Shown: positions 44,977 to 57,010, numbered from the stretch's first letter. The stretch: DNA of 64,000 nucleotides from Caecitellus pseudoparvulus (GCA_965644315.1 CBFFRQ010000053.1:124001-188000); one strand, 5' to 3'. Translations and numbers: made by a program. Notes: generated by a model from the letters alone, not told the origin.

Positions 44977-47900
44977 ATGACGCAACTCCTCTCCCGTGCA
45001 CTGGCGCCAACCGTAGTGCTGGCGCTGGCCGCGTGCGTCGCAGCGTCCAAGCAGACCTTGCGTGTCGGCATGCTGCTGCCTGGGACAGGGCCAGAGTGCG
45101 CCATTGGCCTGCAGTACTGGGCCATGGCCCAGACAGCAGTGCAAGGTATTGCATCTGAGCCATGGTGGCCCAGTGACCGTTTGGAGGTGGGTTGCCAGCT
45201 GCGATGCTTAGCGCCTGCGCTGCGGCGCACCTTCCCCGAACCTTCCTCTGCAGTTGGAGCCAGTGTGGCTGTCTGCGCAGCGCCCCTATGACGCGTGGCA
45301 CGCGGCCGAGGAGTTTGTGGACTCAGACCCGTGCACCCCTGAACAGTGCAGTGTCAGCCACGCCGCCCTTGTGCGTGCTGCGCGGGTGTGCGGCACAATT
45401 TCCGCACACGTCACCCTTGCCTCGTTGTCCTCGCTCGCGGCACAGGTTGGCCCTGCCACGACAGCATCCACTGAGCCAGTCCAGTACTTTGCACTCAAGA
45501 ACTCAGTGCCCCTTGTTGCGTTCCGGGCGACCGCCATCGACTTGACACGAGGCGTAGGCGGCGTGCCGGTGGAGGAGGGAGGGGTCTTTGACCCTTACTT
45601 CTCCCGCGTCTGCCCCACGGACGGCATGTTTGCCGCTGCCGTGTACAAGGGCATTGAGAAGTTCGGTTGGGATCAGTTTGCAGTGCTGGTGGAGGCATCG
45701 GAGTACGGCCGGCTGTTTCTGCAAGCCCTGCAGCAGGAGCACGAGGAGGCAGGGAACCCCCGCATCGTGACAGCGGAAGCCAGTTATGAGCCAGGCAGTG
45801 ACTCCTCTGTGGACGCAGCCCTGCGGGAAGTGCGTGCGACTGGCTCCCGCGTCATTGTACTCATTGCTGATGGCGCTGGCGCTGCCCACCTGCTGGACCG
45901 GGCCGCTGCCAGCGACATGACCGGCGTCGGCTGGACTTGGGTAGGCGCGGAGTGGGTGCAGGAGGGTACGTGGCTGCAGCCTATTTCAGCCGAACCTGGC
46001 AGCGTCGCTGCCCGGGAGGCTTCGGCCCGCGTCGCCAAGGCCATGGAGGGCGCCATTGGCGTCATGCCCGACACCGGTGCTCTGCATTCCTTCGCCGGGG
46101 GAAACTTCTCCACCCTGCGCCCAGCATTCCTGCAGCAGTACTTGGCACCAAATGGTGTCCCTGAGCCGCCAGGGCCTCCACACTTCCGCCCCCCCACTGC
46201 AGCCGGTTGCCCTGCCCTGCAGCAAGTGCCCTTCTCCGAGGGCGTGCGACCCGACGAGTACTTGCCGTACTTACACGATGCGCTGTGGCTCGTCGCCAAT
46301 GCCGCAGCGGATAAACTGCAGTGCACTAACAGCACCGCCGGCATGGGCGCCACGGGTTGCCTGGACGTGAACGTCACCTCCCGAGGGCTGGGCGAGTTGA
46401 TGCTGGGGGGTACAACCCGCACCTCACCCATCACAGGCAGCGCCATTTCCTTCTCACACCGCCACGACAGGTATGACGTGGGCCTGCACTTGGTGAATGT
46501 GCAAAGTGGGGGCATAGTCGTGCAGGCGGGCCAATGGCGTGTGCAGGGCCCAGAGACTGCGCAGGCCAGTGGGCAGTCCCTGACAGCTGGCAGGTGGGTG
46601 AGCTGGCGCCCACAAGACATTGTCTGGGCGGGGGGGCGCACCAACATCCCCTCGGATCGGGCAGTGCTGCCTGTGCACGTTGAGGCAGCTGTGTTCGTGG
46701 CAGTCATCGTGGGGGTCGTGCTGTCCATGGTGGGCGGTGCTGTGCTTGAGACATACCATGTCCATGTCTTGCCAGAGTCGGGTCTAACGGTGCTGTTGGG
46801 CATGTGCATGGGTGGCGCCTTGCTGGCGCTGGGGGAGCAGCACAGCCACCTGGCGCGATTTGACGAGACGGTGTTCTCGCTGGTCTTCCTGCCCATCATC
46901 ATCTTCGAGAGCGGCTTCGCACTGGACAAGCACCCGTTCTTCTCCCAGCTCGGCTCCATCCTCACCTTCGCGTGCGCTGGCACCCTCATCTCCGCCTTCA
47001 CCATTGGCGGCCTGCTGTTCTCAGCCAGTCAGAATGGCGTCATCCCCGGCCTCTCTTTCCCAGAGTGCATGTGCTTCGCCGCTCTCATCTCAGCGGTGGA
47101 CCCCGTCGCCATCCTGGCAACCTTCTCCTCCCTGCGAGTGGACCCCAGCCTTAACGCGCTGGTGTACGGCGAAGCGGTCATCAATGATGCCGTCGCAGTG
47201 GTGCTGTTCCGGGCATTCTCTGCCTTCATCGTGCTGGAAGCCACCCCTGCCCGCGTAGGCGAGGCGGCGGGCTCCTTCATTGGCATCCTGCTGGGCTCCG
47301 TCCTGCTGGGGGGCGCTGTTGGCCTGCTGGCCACTATCACCTTCCGGTACCGACCCCTGGTGGCGCAGCTAGCGAGCAAAGAACCCTCTCCTGCGGTGCA
47401 CGGAGTCGTGCAGGCGTCCCTGCTCTTGCTTTTCTCCTACCTCGCCTACGCTCTTGCGGAAGCGGCGGGCATCTCAGGCATTGTCGCTTCCCTCTTCGCC
47501 GGCATCGCCATGAATCACTACACGCAGAAGGCCCTGGATCGACGGGGGCGCGAGACCTCCAACCGCGCCTTCCGCATGCTGGCGTTCATCGCAGAGACAG
47601 TCGTCTTCTTCCAAGTCGGCATGAACGTCGTCTTGTACGTACGGGAGCTGCACTGGGCCCTCATCAGCATCACCCTCTGCCTGTGCCTGGTGGCGCGTGC
47701 ATTGAACGTGTTCCCCCTGGCTGCCCTCCTGAACTGCGGCCGCAAGGCCCCCATCCCCGGCAAGTACCAGCTTGTCATGTGGCATGCCGGGCTGCGCGGG
47801 GCCATCGCGTACGCGACCAGCATCGCCTTCCCCTCCCAGCACCGAGACATCATCATCTCCACCACCAGCGTGGTCATCCTCTTCACCATTTTCCTGCAAG

Positions 47901-48361
47901 GCGGCTCCATCACCCACCTCCTCGGCTGCATCGGCGTGCAAACAGGCGTTGATCCGGAGGAAGCTGCACAGATGCGCGCCTCTCGCCTGGCCATGACGCA
48001 CCAAGCGGAGCAGGAGAGCTGGGTCAAGGCGGGCCTGGCCCGCGCGGACAGAGCCCTGCGCGCCTGCCTGTACCACCCCAGTGTCCGGGAGGGGGACAGC
48101 CCCCTGCCCCTGGACAGTGCCTCCCAGCCACCAGCAGAAGCAGGTGCCGAGGAGGAAGCAGGTGGGGAGGCCGTGCCGCTCACAGGCGGCCCAGGTGCCC
48201 TGAGTGGCCAGGAGGGGGGCTTGGACATGGGCCCGCTGGATGGCGTGGGAGCAGGCGAGGTGGAGCTGGTGCCCATGGAAGGCGCCACAGCCAGTGAAGG
48301 CTCTGCTGCCAGCGAGGCGGGATCACAAGGCGACGATGACGCTGAACAAGTGCAGGTGTGA
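44977..48361 (+). CDS. Venus-flytrap (ANF-receptor/PBP1) ligand-binding domain fused to CPA1 Na+/H+ exchanger
   Basis: Signal peptide + LRVGMLLP. Introns 45187-45253 and probably 45371-45445. VFT motifs: AALVGP, YFSRVCPTD, FGWDQFAVL....EYG, SRVIVL, GWTWVG, YLHDALWL. NHE motifs: LPESGL, LVFLPIIIFESGF, FAALISAVDPVAIL, LVYGEAVINDAVAVVLF, GLRGAIAYA. Confidence 0.9.
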
Positions 48362-48384
48362 GGAATGCAGAGTTTGTCGTGGCG

Positions 48385-49455
48385 TCACGGCAGGGACAGG
48401 TTCAGGCGCCCACTCCGCCATGGCCCAGTATCACCTGCCACACCCTCCCGTAGCAGGCCCTGCGCACTTGACTGGCCCAGAATACCCTGAGCTGCGCTCT
48501 CAGCCATGTCAGATGCTCCTGAGCTTGCAGCCAGCAGCACCTGGATCGCGCTACGATACGCTTGTGGGTCGCTGCGAAGATGCGACACATGTGGCGAACT
48601 GCCGAAGCGCACCGCATGCAGGGGCACCCCCCGCTGCTCACGGCGGGCCATAAGACCCTCCAGCTCGCCAGCCCCTGTCAAAGTGTCTGCGCTGGAGTAC
48701 AGGAAGAGCTGGGGAGCCTGGGAGGGCAACTCTGCTGCGCCCGCCCAGTACTCGTCTTGCCACCCACCACCCATGCAAGAGAAGGCCAGGCTCAGGAGGC
48801 CAAGCAACAAGGCATTCGCAGCAGAACGTGTGCAGCCTGTGGGCATGCCCTCTGTGAGTGACCGCGCTGCCACCTCCACACTCAAGCGGCCGGGACAGCT
48901 GTCCAGGATCCAGCCTTGCACCTTCCCAAGCAGCTCCGCGGGCTGGGACCCGGGGTGAGGCGCAGCATGGATCCCAACCATCACCATGGGAATGAAGCCG
49001 CCATTAGAAAAGCAGTGCACCAGCAGCGGGCACTGCAAAGTCGCTGCAGTCTGCATGGGGAGTGTGGACCAGTGTGGCTTGCCGAATCGATTTCCGCACC
49101 TCGCAGCCCACAAACCTTGCTTGCAGCGGCCAGACCCGCCACTCCCAACTCATACAGTCGTTTCCAGTCCACGTAGATGTCCCTGTGCATATGGCAACGT
49201 TGAAGTGAGCACGGACGTGTGACAGCGCACCCAGCGCGCCCGCACGAACCATGTGGAAGGGGTCGTGCGAAGGCTGGCGATGCCAAGCTCCGCGTGCACT
49301 GCGGAATATTTGGCCAGGTACTTGTCCTCGCAGCCAGTCCACCCAAGCAACAACACCACTGCGCGCGCTGGCCCAGTGGAGGGTGTGTACTGAAACGTGA
49401 AGCCGCCTTCCTGCACCGCCCCAGGCGCAGTCTTGGCCCCTGGCGCGGCTGCCAT
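48385..49455 (-). CDS. TMEM53/DUF829-family alpha/beta-hydrolase-fold protein
   Basis: VVLLLGWTGCEDKYLAKYS, LLVHCFSNGG, ILDSCPG, PQLFLYSSAD, FGSSPHVSHLR.DP..Y; two introns. Confidence 0.85.
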
Positions 49456-49632
49456 CGGTGGTGCGACAAGTGCAAAGATGTGGTGGGCCACAGTGGGGGA
49501 GCTGCTGCCATGCCCTGGCTACGAGGCGCCACTACGCCTCAAGGGACTCTGCATTTGGTTTCAGAGCCGCGCTTGCTCCACACGCACATGCGCGGCAGCG
49601 AGGACGCAGTGCTGCCGCTGGCCACCGCGTGA

Positions 49633-50865
49633 TCACTGCGGTGAGTGGCACTCCACGTTGGCCGGGGGCTCCAGCAGGACAGGGGGGAAGTCGAAGTACT
49701 CTCCATACGCAAGCTGGTACCCCATGGACAGTGTTGTAACACCTGTTGTGATCTTGGGGTTGAACCTGTGAGGGATGCAGAAGCAGTGTGCAGGGAGCCG
49801 CCCGTGTGCCGGGTGGCATGGCGCTCAGTACGCACGCGCCCTTGCGGTAGACGATGGTGAAGGAAGCCCAGAAAGGACGGCCGCCACAGAAAGGGTCCTT
49901 CTCGGAGGGGTGGTTGCCAGCCCAGTCGATGGCTGCGACGACCTCAGCCACATACGGGTCGGCAACCTTCAACAAGTACAAGCTGTACGTCCGGTCGCCC
50001 TCCGTGGAGTTGCCGATGAAGACGGAGTTCTTCTGGAAATCATACCGAGACTTGATTACCTTGGAGAAGGCCGCGTTCTTCACGCAGAAGGGCTCTTGGC
50101 CGGATGTCGGGCCGTACGTTGTGCTCAGCCTGTGGGAGAGGGCGCAGGGCACAGGGTGCACACTGCCCACGCGCCGGGCCACGGCGCTTGGCCTGCCTGG
50201 ACACTCACAGTGTCCGTGCGACGCCCTCAGAGGCATTGTACAGGTTCTCGATCTGGTTGTACTGTGGGTGGTGAGACAACGGGGGAGTCAGGGCAGGCCT
50301 GCAAGGTGCGTCGGCGCTACGCGCGCCTTACGCCGAGCAGCTCAGCGAAGGCGGGTTGGAAAGCCATGAGGTTCGCGTCAAAGGTCATCACATCACGCTG
50401 CCACTGCAGGTCGCCCTGCTCGTCGAACTTGGTCGTAAAGAACCGCTCGCCCTGTGAGGTGGAAGGGTACCTTCTTGCTTCTACCTGCAACTCGGCGGCA
50501 GTGCCACAGCACGGCACGCACCAGCACTGGAAACGAAGCGTATGAAGTGTTTAGCTGTCCTGATACGGTCTGCACTCCCCACCATGCCGAAGGGAGGGGG
50601 GGAGGCGCAGGCGCTCCTGCGGAGAGACAGCGGCGAGAGACTGCAGCGAAATGTCCGAGCTTCGGTATCTAGCACCCCACACTTCCAGGCTCCGGCGGCG
50701 CTCCCCACGTCCACACAAGCCATGCATGCTTCCCGCCCAAGTATACCTCGCCCACAGCCAGGGTCACGCACCTCCCTGCACGGCACCAACATGCCCGCCG
50801 TGGAGGCTGGCAAGGTCGGCCGACGAAAGTGCGGCGAGGGCCGCGACGGTGCTGGCGGCCAGCAT
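49633..50865 (-). CDS. secreted hypothetical protein, ~6 exons (possibly ependymin-related/LolA-like fold)
   Basis: Manual splicing at GT-AG sites gives a continuous frame: signal peptide, PPPLPSAWWG, GERFFTTKFD, YNQIENLYNASEG, FCVK, SVFIGN, ending EYFDFPPVLLEPPANVECHSPQ*. Confidence 0.6.
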
Positions 50866-51041
50866 GACTGTGCTGTGGACAGTGTCACAGGAACAAGGAA
50901 GGGGACACAGTGCGAGGGCTGTGGGCGGTCGTGGATGAGTGCTGGGCGCGGCAGTGAGATGGGAAATGGCCCCAGCCGCGATGTGCATTGCTGCAGGGCG
51001 GCCTGATCAGCACCTTCCAGGCTGCATGAGGGGGGCGCACC

Positions 51042-52675
51042 TCAGTGCAGGGTGGCAGCTTGCCCCTTCTGCCCCATGGCATGCAGGTGGCGCACATGTG
51101 CCACCCATGCAGCCCAGAAGTTGGGCTCCACGCGGAAGGGCAGGTTGTACTTCTCACACACCCGCATGACAATGGGGGCGAGGGCGGGGTAGTGGTACTG
51201 GGAAATGGAGGGGAAGAGGTGGTGCACGATCTGGTAGTTCAGCGCGCCAGCCATGAACGTCGTGAAGGCGTTGTTGTGGGCGTACTCCACGCCAGTCAGC
51301 ACCTGCGCCTCGGCCCACGTCACCTCCAGCTCGCCCTCCTTGGCCGCCTTGCGCCCAGAGGGGAAGAAGGCGTGCTCGGAGATGTGGGACACTTCAAAGT
51401 TCCACGCCAGCCAGTACCCTGCCGCCAGCTCCGAGACGAGGAAGAGCGTCGCCCACTGTGCCAAGGGGATGCCCCACACGAACAGCGGCAGGAACACGCG
51501 GTACAGCAGCCAGAAACCCTTCACAGCCACCACCCGCATCCACGGCGAGTCGTAGTAGTTCACGCGGATGGGCCCATCCATGCGCTGCCCCCAGATGAAG
51601 AAGACGTCGTCAAAGCGCACCTTGAAAGCCAGCAGCCCGTACAGCACCGGCATGTACAGCCACTGCCATTGGTAGAGGGAGGACCACTTCTGGCGGTGCA
51701 CAAAGCGACGCGGCTCAGCGCCCATGGGCAGGTCAGGGTCGGCACCGTACACATTGGTGTACACGTGGTGCCCCATGGTGTGCTGGTGGTGCCAGGACAG
51801 CATGCTGGCCCCTGCCATCCAGTCCAGCGTCAAGCGGCCCCAGAACTGGAAGGACGTCTCTGAGTGCCCGATGGCGGTGTGGGACGCATCGTGCATGACG
51901 TGCAGCAGGGGCAGCACCTGCAGCACGCCGAAGGCCATGGCTGCCAGGACCTGCAGTGGCCATGCAACAGGGATGAACTGCTGCACGACAGCGTAGGTGA
52001 GGGCGTACCCCGCGAAGACGGGCAGCATGCGCAGGGCACCGCCCCGCCAGTCCTTGGGGTCCAGGCCAGTCTCGTCGAAGTACTCTTTCACTGCCTCGCA
52101 GCACTCCTCGTAGAAGCCATTGTCTGGCTTGTAGGTAGGGAACTCGAAGTCAGTCACGACGCCGATCTGGGGGGCGGTGAGGGGGCAGTGACGCAGATTT
52201 CACTGATGGGACGCTCGGCGGGGCTCACTTCGTGTCCCTTCAGGTAGTTCAACGGGGACGCCCGTGTCTTCATGCTGAAGGGGTGATACATAGGGATGAG
52301 CTCAGTGCAGTCTCTACCTGCCACAAGCTTCATGATTTCGAAGCCACCCGGGTGCTTGTGCATGTACCCTGCGTGCCACCAAGCGGAACGGTGAGCGGCT
52401 CTGACGCGTAACGCGGACACGAAACGCTGACGTACACGTGATGTCGTAGACGATGCCGTTCACGATGACCCACGCGCTCTCGGGCGTGTTGTGGGCGGCG
52501 ACATCTTTCCATGACAGCTTGTTCGTGCGAACTGCGCAGACAGGGGCGAGGGCGGGCTGCGTGCCTTGCAAGCTTGCGCCGCACGGCTTCCCCTCCACAC
52601 CAACGCACAGTCTGGCCCTGCAGGCTGCACCGTCATGCCCTCAGCCCCGGCATGTTGCATGGGGGCTGTCGGCAT
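51042..52675 (-). CDS. front-end (delta-5-like) fatty acid desaturase with cytochrome b5 domain
   Basis: HNTPESAWVIVNGIVYDIT, HPGG, and His boxes HDASH, HHQHTMGHH, QIVHHLFP; three introns. Confidence 0.93.
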
Positions 52676-53087
52676 GGTGGAAGAGTTGGCGGCTGGTGCT
52701 GGCGGTACGGCGCCGGTCAGAGGTTTCCAGGGCTCGGGTGGCGGGCTGGGGATCCTGGGTGAAAGGGAAGTGGCGTGGACACGCTTGTATCCGGGCTAGG
52801 GTGAAGGCGAGCGGTGGCGCGGCCTCCGTCTGCCCTTGCAGTAAACATTGGCCACACCCGCACCACATTCTCAATGCGGCGCCAGTGGTGCAGACTTACA
52901 GCCCATGCAAGCCCCCGCACGCTGCCGCTGCACCCTGCCGCGTCTGTGTGTGAAGGCTGCCCCGCGCCACTTCCCTGCCTGCACGTTGCCCTTCGCCGAG
53001 TGGCAGGCGCGCTGGCGCCCCATCGAGCTGGCGAGACACGTTCTGTGAGGATCTCACCACTGCACTGTGCAGTGGATAGGTAGAGGC

Positions 53088-54556
53088 ATGGCTGCTCAAC
53101 GACGCAAGAAGCCTGCGAACTTGACACAGCTCTCAGGTGAGCTCGCCGGCGTTTTTCAAGGCAGCATTGCAGCCGGCTGAGCCTGGCAAGTGGCAGGCTG
53201 CGACGGGGAAGGCGGGACGCCAGGGTGGCATGACGTGGACCCCCCCCTGCATGACTGCTTCCCGTTCAGGAAGTTCACGCTCCTGCATTGCTCCGCCGCC
53301 CGCCCTGCGCAGTGTCTGCCGAGGAGCAAGGCTCCGCGCCTACAGCTGCCCTTGCCCCGCAGATCCACTCACCAACCCACACGCAGTTCGAGACGCCGCC
53401 CAAGCCTGCAGCCGCCCCAGCAGGTGCAGCACCAGACATCAACAGCCCCACTGGTGCTGCCACGCGCGCTTATGACTTTGACGAGGAGCAGCGGGGAGCT
53501 GGGCAAGGCGGCAGCTCCTCAACTTCCGCAGGGGAGGGGGTTACAGTCTCAGCAACTCCCCCGCCATCGCATGCTCTGGCGTCTGTTGTGACGCAGACAG
53601 GCGCGTCAGGCCAGCAGCACATCCCACACACTCCGCCCACTGGCAAGGCAGCAGTGGCAGTGGACGTGCCCGCCTCCGCGACCGCCTCACCGGGTGCAAG
53701 CGGCGGCTCAGGCAGCCGGGGTGGCGACAGCAAGGGCCCACGCTCGGGCTCCTCCTGCCTGTGTTGCCGGTCCACCAGCGCGGAGGAGCCAGGGGACGCC
53801 CCTGACAGCCCACCGCCCTCCACACCCACTCGGGTGCAGGTGGCAGGCGCCACGCCGCCAACGCCCAACGCGCGGTACCCCAATAGCCCCACCCACCACG
53901 GCATGTCCAAGGCCCACGGCAAGGGGGACGCCACCCCCACCCCCATGAAAAAGGGCATGCCACTGTCCTTCCCTGACGGCCCCCTGGCAGATCATGCCCC
54001 CTTCGCCCTGCTGCCGCCCGCCCACGGCAGTGACGCAGACAAGGTGTGCCTGGTGCTGGACCTGGACGAGACGCTGGTGCACAGCAGCTTCGAGCCGGTG
54101 CCCAACGCCGACTACGTCATCCCCGTGGAGATCGACACCATCCTGTACAACGTGTACGTCTGCAAGCGCCCCGGGTGCGATGAGTTCCTGGAGCGCATGG
54201 GGCGCTGGTTTGAAGTGGTGGTGTTCACGGCATCCCTGGCCAAGTACGCCAACCCCCTCCTGGACAAGCTGGACCCCAAGGGCATCATCAAACACCGCCT
54301 GTTCCGGGAGGCGTGCGTGTACCACCAGGGCTCCTACGTGAAGGACATGAGCATCATGGGCCGGGACATTCGCCGCATCATCATCGTGGACAACTCCCCC
54401 GCCTCCTTCATGTTCCAGCCGGAGTCTGCCCTGGGCTGCTCCTCCTTTGTGGACCAGATGGATGACAAGGAGTTGTGGGCCATCGGGGATTTCCTGGAGC
54501 GCCTGAAGGATGCGCCGGATGTCCGCACAGAGCTGTCAGCCTGGGTCATCCCGTGA
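53088..54556 (+). CDS. CTD small phosphatase (SCP/Psr1-like, NIF domain)
   Basis: KVCLVLDLDETLVHSSF, KRPG.DEFL, VFTASLAKYA, YVKDMS..GRD, IIVDNSP; CLCC putative palmitoylation motif; probable first exon 53088-53136. Confidence 0.92.
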
Positions 54557-54739
54557 CCAGCCATGGGTGCCGGCCAGTGCTGCCCAGCGGCACATGCAAT
54601 GAACACTCAGCGAGCACAACGTATGTGTTGCGTAGTTGTGTGCTCGCCCCACACCAGGGCAGCCACGTTGGGCAACGCTCCCCGCCCCCGCTGAAGCAGG
54701 GGGGCTGCTGGCGCGGAAATTGCAGCCCGGCGGCCAGCC

Positions 54740-57007
54740 ATGCAGCGCCTGCCTCTGGCAGCTGCTCGGCGCGTGCGACTGCCCCAGCGTTACTCTCTGA
54801 GCTTTCCAACTCAAACCCTTCCGACCTTGTGGCCAGTGGTCCCTGTGGTGCATTGCCCCTCCAGCCGTGACAGCCAGTCTGCACGGCTGGCCTGCACGGC
54901 ACCGGCGCCGACCGCCTCTGCCCAGCCCCTGGCCCATGTCGCCGCCCTCATCCACCGTGGCGGCGCCCCTTCGTCAGGGGAGCTAGCTGACGCCCTTCGC
55001 CAAGCCTCCACCGCCGCCCCCCTGCCTTCCACTGCCTCAGACCTCGTGGTCACCCTGAGCAGCGCCCAGGAGCGGCGTCTGCGTCTGCATGACGCGACAC
55101 TGGCCGCCGCCGTGCGCACAGCTTCCGCCACCAGGCACGTGCAGGCCATCCCTCTGGCCTTGTCCTTGTCGCCCTCCCCGTCCACCGCCCTGCTGGCCGG
55201 CGCCATCACTGCCTGCGTGCAGTGTGGCGCTGCTGGCGCCGCTGCGGACTTGCTGCCCCTCGCCCTGGACCCACCGCCGTCCGCTGCCGCCAGCACGAAG
55301 TTGACGGGTGCCCTGTGTCGCCTGGTGGCAGACCAGGCCGCCTCTCGAGACCTGGACTCGGCCCTCTCCACCGTGGCCACCGTCGCCGCCGCCCCAGCCA
55401 TGGAGCCAGCGCGCCAGGAGCTGCCGGCAGCCTTGCTGCGAGGCCTGGGCCGCGCGCTGAGCCCAGCTCGAGGAGGCGTGCGCGTGGCGCACAGCGTGCG
55501 GGGCGCCCCTCCCTGCTCTGTGCCGTACATCCCCGTGACCTGGGGCGGGGCCCTGGCTGCTCTGGACGCCGCCTGCCTCGTGACGTTGGTGGAGCAGGCC
55601 ACACTCACGGCAGGCGTGCCCCTGACGCCGGGCGCACTGGAGGCAGCTCTGGCAGTGCAGCGCACACTTGTGCGGGGTGCCGGCGCGGCAGGCACAGCCA
55701 GTGTGTGGGCGCTGCTGCGCCTGGGCGGGGTGCGTGGGGCACGCGACCCACCCTCACGCACGCCTGTCCTCACAGAGGATGCCGCCGCTGCCGTGGCGGC
55801 CTGCTGGGCTGCTGCACTGCCTGCGGGACAGACCACGGCACCTGCTTGGTTGCGGGCTTCTTGCAAGGCTCTGCAGCCAGCCCTGCACCAAGCTGGCGTG
55901 CCCCCCTCCAGCACTCTGGCTGGCAAGGTGGCCGCTCGCCTGGGCGAGGCGCTGCCCTTGGTGAGGGAGCACTTGCACTGGCTGCCGCTGCCTGACGCTG
56001 CAGCACCTTCCCGGGCCAAGGGGGGGGCTGACTCCGCCGCTCCAGCTGCGCTGTCTGCGCTGCATGCAGAGGTGTGTGGGGGGGGCGCGGCTGGGGCCGA
56101 TCTGCCCAGCGACCGGCGAGAGGGGGTGTTGGGCATCCTTCGCGAGGCATGTCACCCGGCACACCTGCACCGCCCAGGACACGTCCGGCGAGCCATAGCC
56201 GTGCTGGATGCGCTGCAGCCGTGGAGGTGGCCACAGTGGGGGCATGCCGACAGGGGCGGAGCTACAGCCGTGCTGGCCCTGGCCGCTGCCGCCTTGCGGC
56301 ACATGAAGGGCAAGGGCTGGTATGTGCGCCTGCGAGGGGTGCTGGGCAGGGTGTTTGTGGAGGGTGGTCTGCGCCCCCTGGTGCCCCCGCCCCCGGCCTG
56401 GCACGACCTGACTGCCCAGCAGCTGTTCTCGCCGCAGGGCCGGCCGCGCCACGGCAGGGGGCGGGGGGCGCCCCCTGCCCTTGTGCACATCCCGGACGCT
56501 GCAGGGACCATCATCCCCTCAGAGGGGCACCCCCATGTTCCCGAGTGGCTGGCACACACCCTCAAGTCGGAGCGGGGGCTGCTGGACTTCTTGCCGGCAG
56601 CAGCGGGGCTGTGGGCGGTCAGCGTGGCTGCCTGCCCGCCCGAGGCGGCGCCCCTGCTAGCCAAGGTGCTGCTGCACCACACGCTGCCCATCACGCCTCT
56701 GAATGCCTGCATCATGCTGCACTGCGAAGAGGCGGTGGTGGCGGATGTCGTGGCGGCGGCGCAGAGCACAGCTGCCGCCCAGGGCGCCGCGGCGCGCTCC
56801 CGCTTGCAGGCGAAGCGCCGTGGTGCTGCGGCAGAGCACCTGCACAGCATGCCGACAGGCTTCACGGTGTCCAGGCTGCAGAATCTGCCTTTGGTGGTGG
56901 TGTGGCCAGTTGCTGCGCAGGACAGCTGGACTGTCCTGCCCCAGATCATGTGGGAGGCCATGCCGGGCACACGCCCGCCGCCGCCACAACACACAGCGCA
57001 GCAGTGA
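54740..57007 (+). CDS. hypothetical Ala/Leu-rich helical protein, possible organellar presequence
   Basis: 755-aa ATG-initiated ORF with an Arg-rich, acid-free N-terminus; no diagnostic motif. Confidence 0.5.
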   Translation: MQRLPLAAARRVRLPQRYSLSFPTQTLPTLWPVVPVVHCPSSRDSQSARLACTAPAPTASAQPLAHVAALIHRGGAPSSGELADALRQASTAAPLPSTASDLVVTLSSAQERRLRLHDATLAAAVRTASATRHVQAIPLALSLSPSPSTALLAGAITACVQCGAAGAAADLLPLALDPPPSAAASTKLTGALCRLVADQAASRDLDSALSTVATVAAAPAMEPARQELPAALLRGLGRALSPARGGVRVAHSVRGAPPCSVPYIPVTWGGALAALDAACLVTLVEQATLTAGVPLTPGALEAALAVQRTLVRGAGAAGTASVWALLRLGGVRGARDPPSRTPVLTEDAAAAVAACWAAALPAGQTTAPAWLRASCKALQPALHQAGVPPSSTLAGKVAARLGEALPLVREHLHWLPLPDAAAPSRAKGGADSAAPAALSALHAEVCGGGAAGADLPSDRREGVLGILREACHPAHLHRPGHVRRAIAVLDALQPWRWPQWGHADRGGATAVLALAAAALRHMKGKGWYVRLRGVLGRVFVEGGLRPLVPPPPAWHDLTAQQLFSPQGRPRHGRGRGAPPALVHIPDAAGTIIPSEGHPHVPEWLAHTLKSERGLLDFLPAAAGLWAVSVAACPPEAAPLLAKVLLHHTLPITPLNACIMLHCEEAVVADVVAAAQSTAAAQGAAARSRLQAKRRGAAAEHLHSMPTGFTVSRLQNLPLVVVWPVAAQDSWTVLPQIMWEAMPGTRPPPPQHTAQQ

Positions 57008-57010
57008 ACA

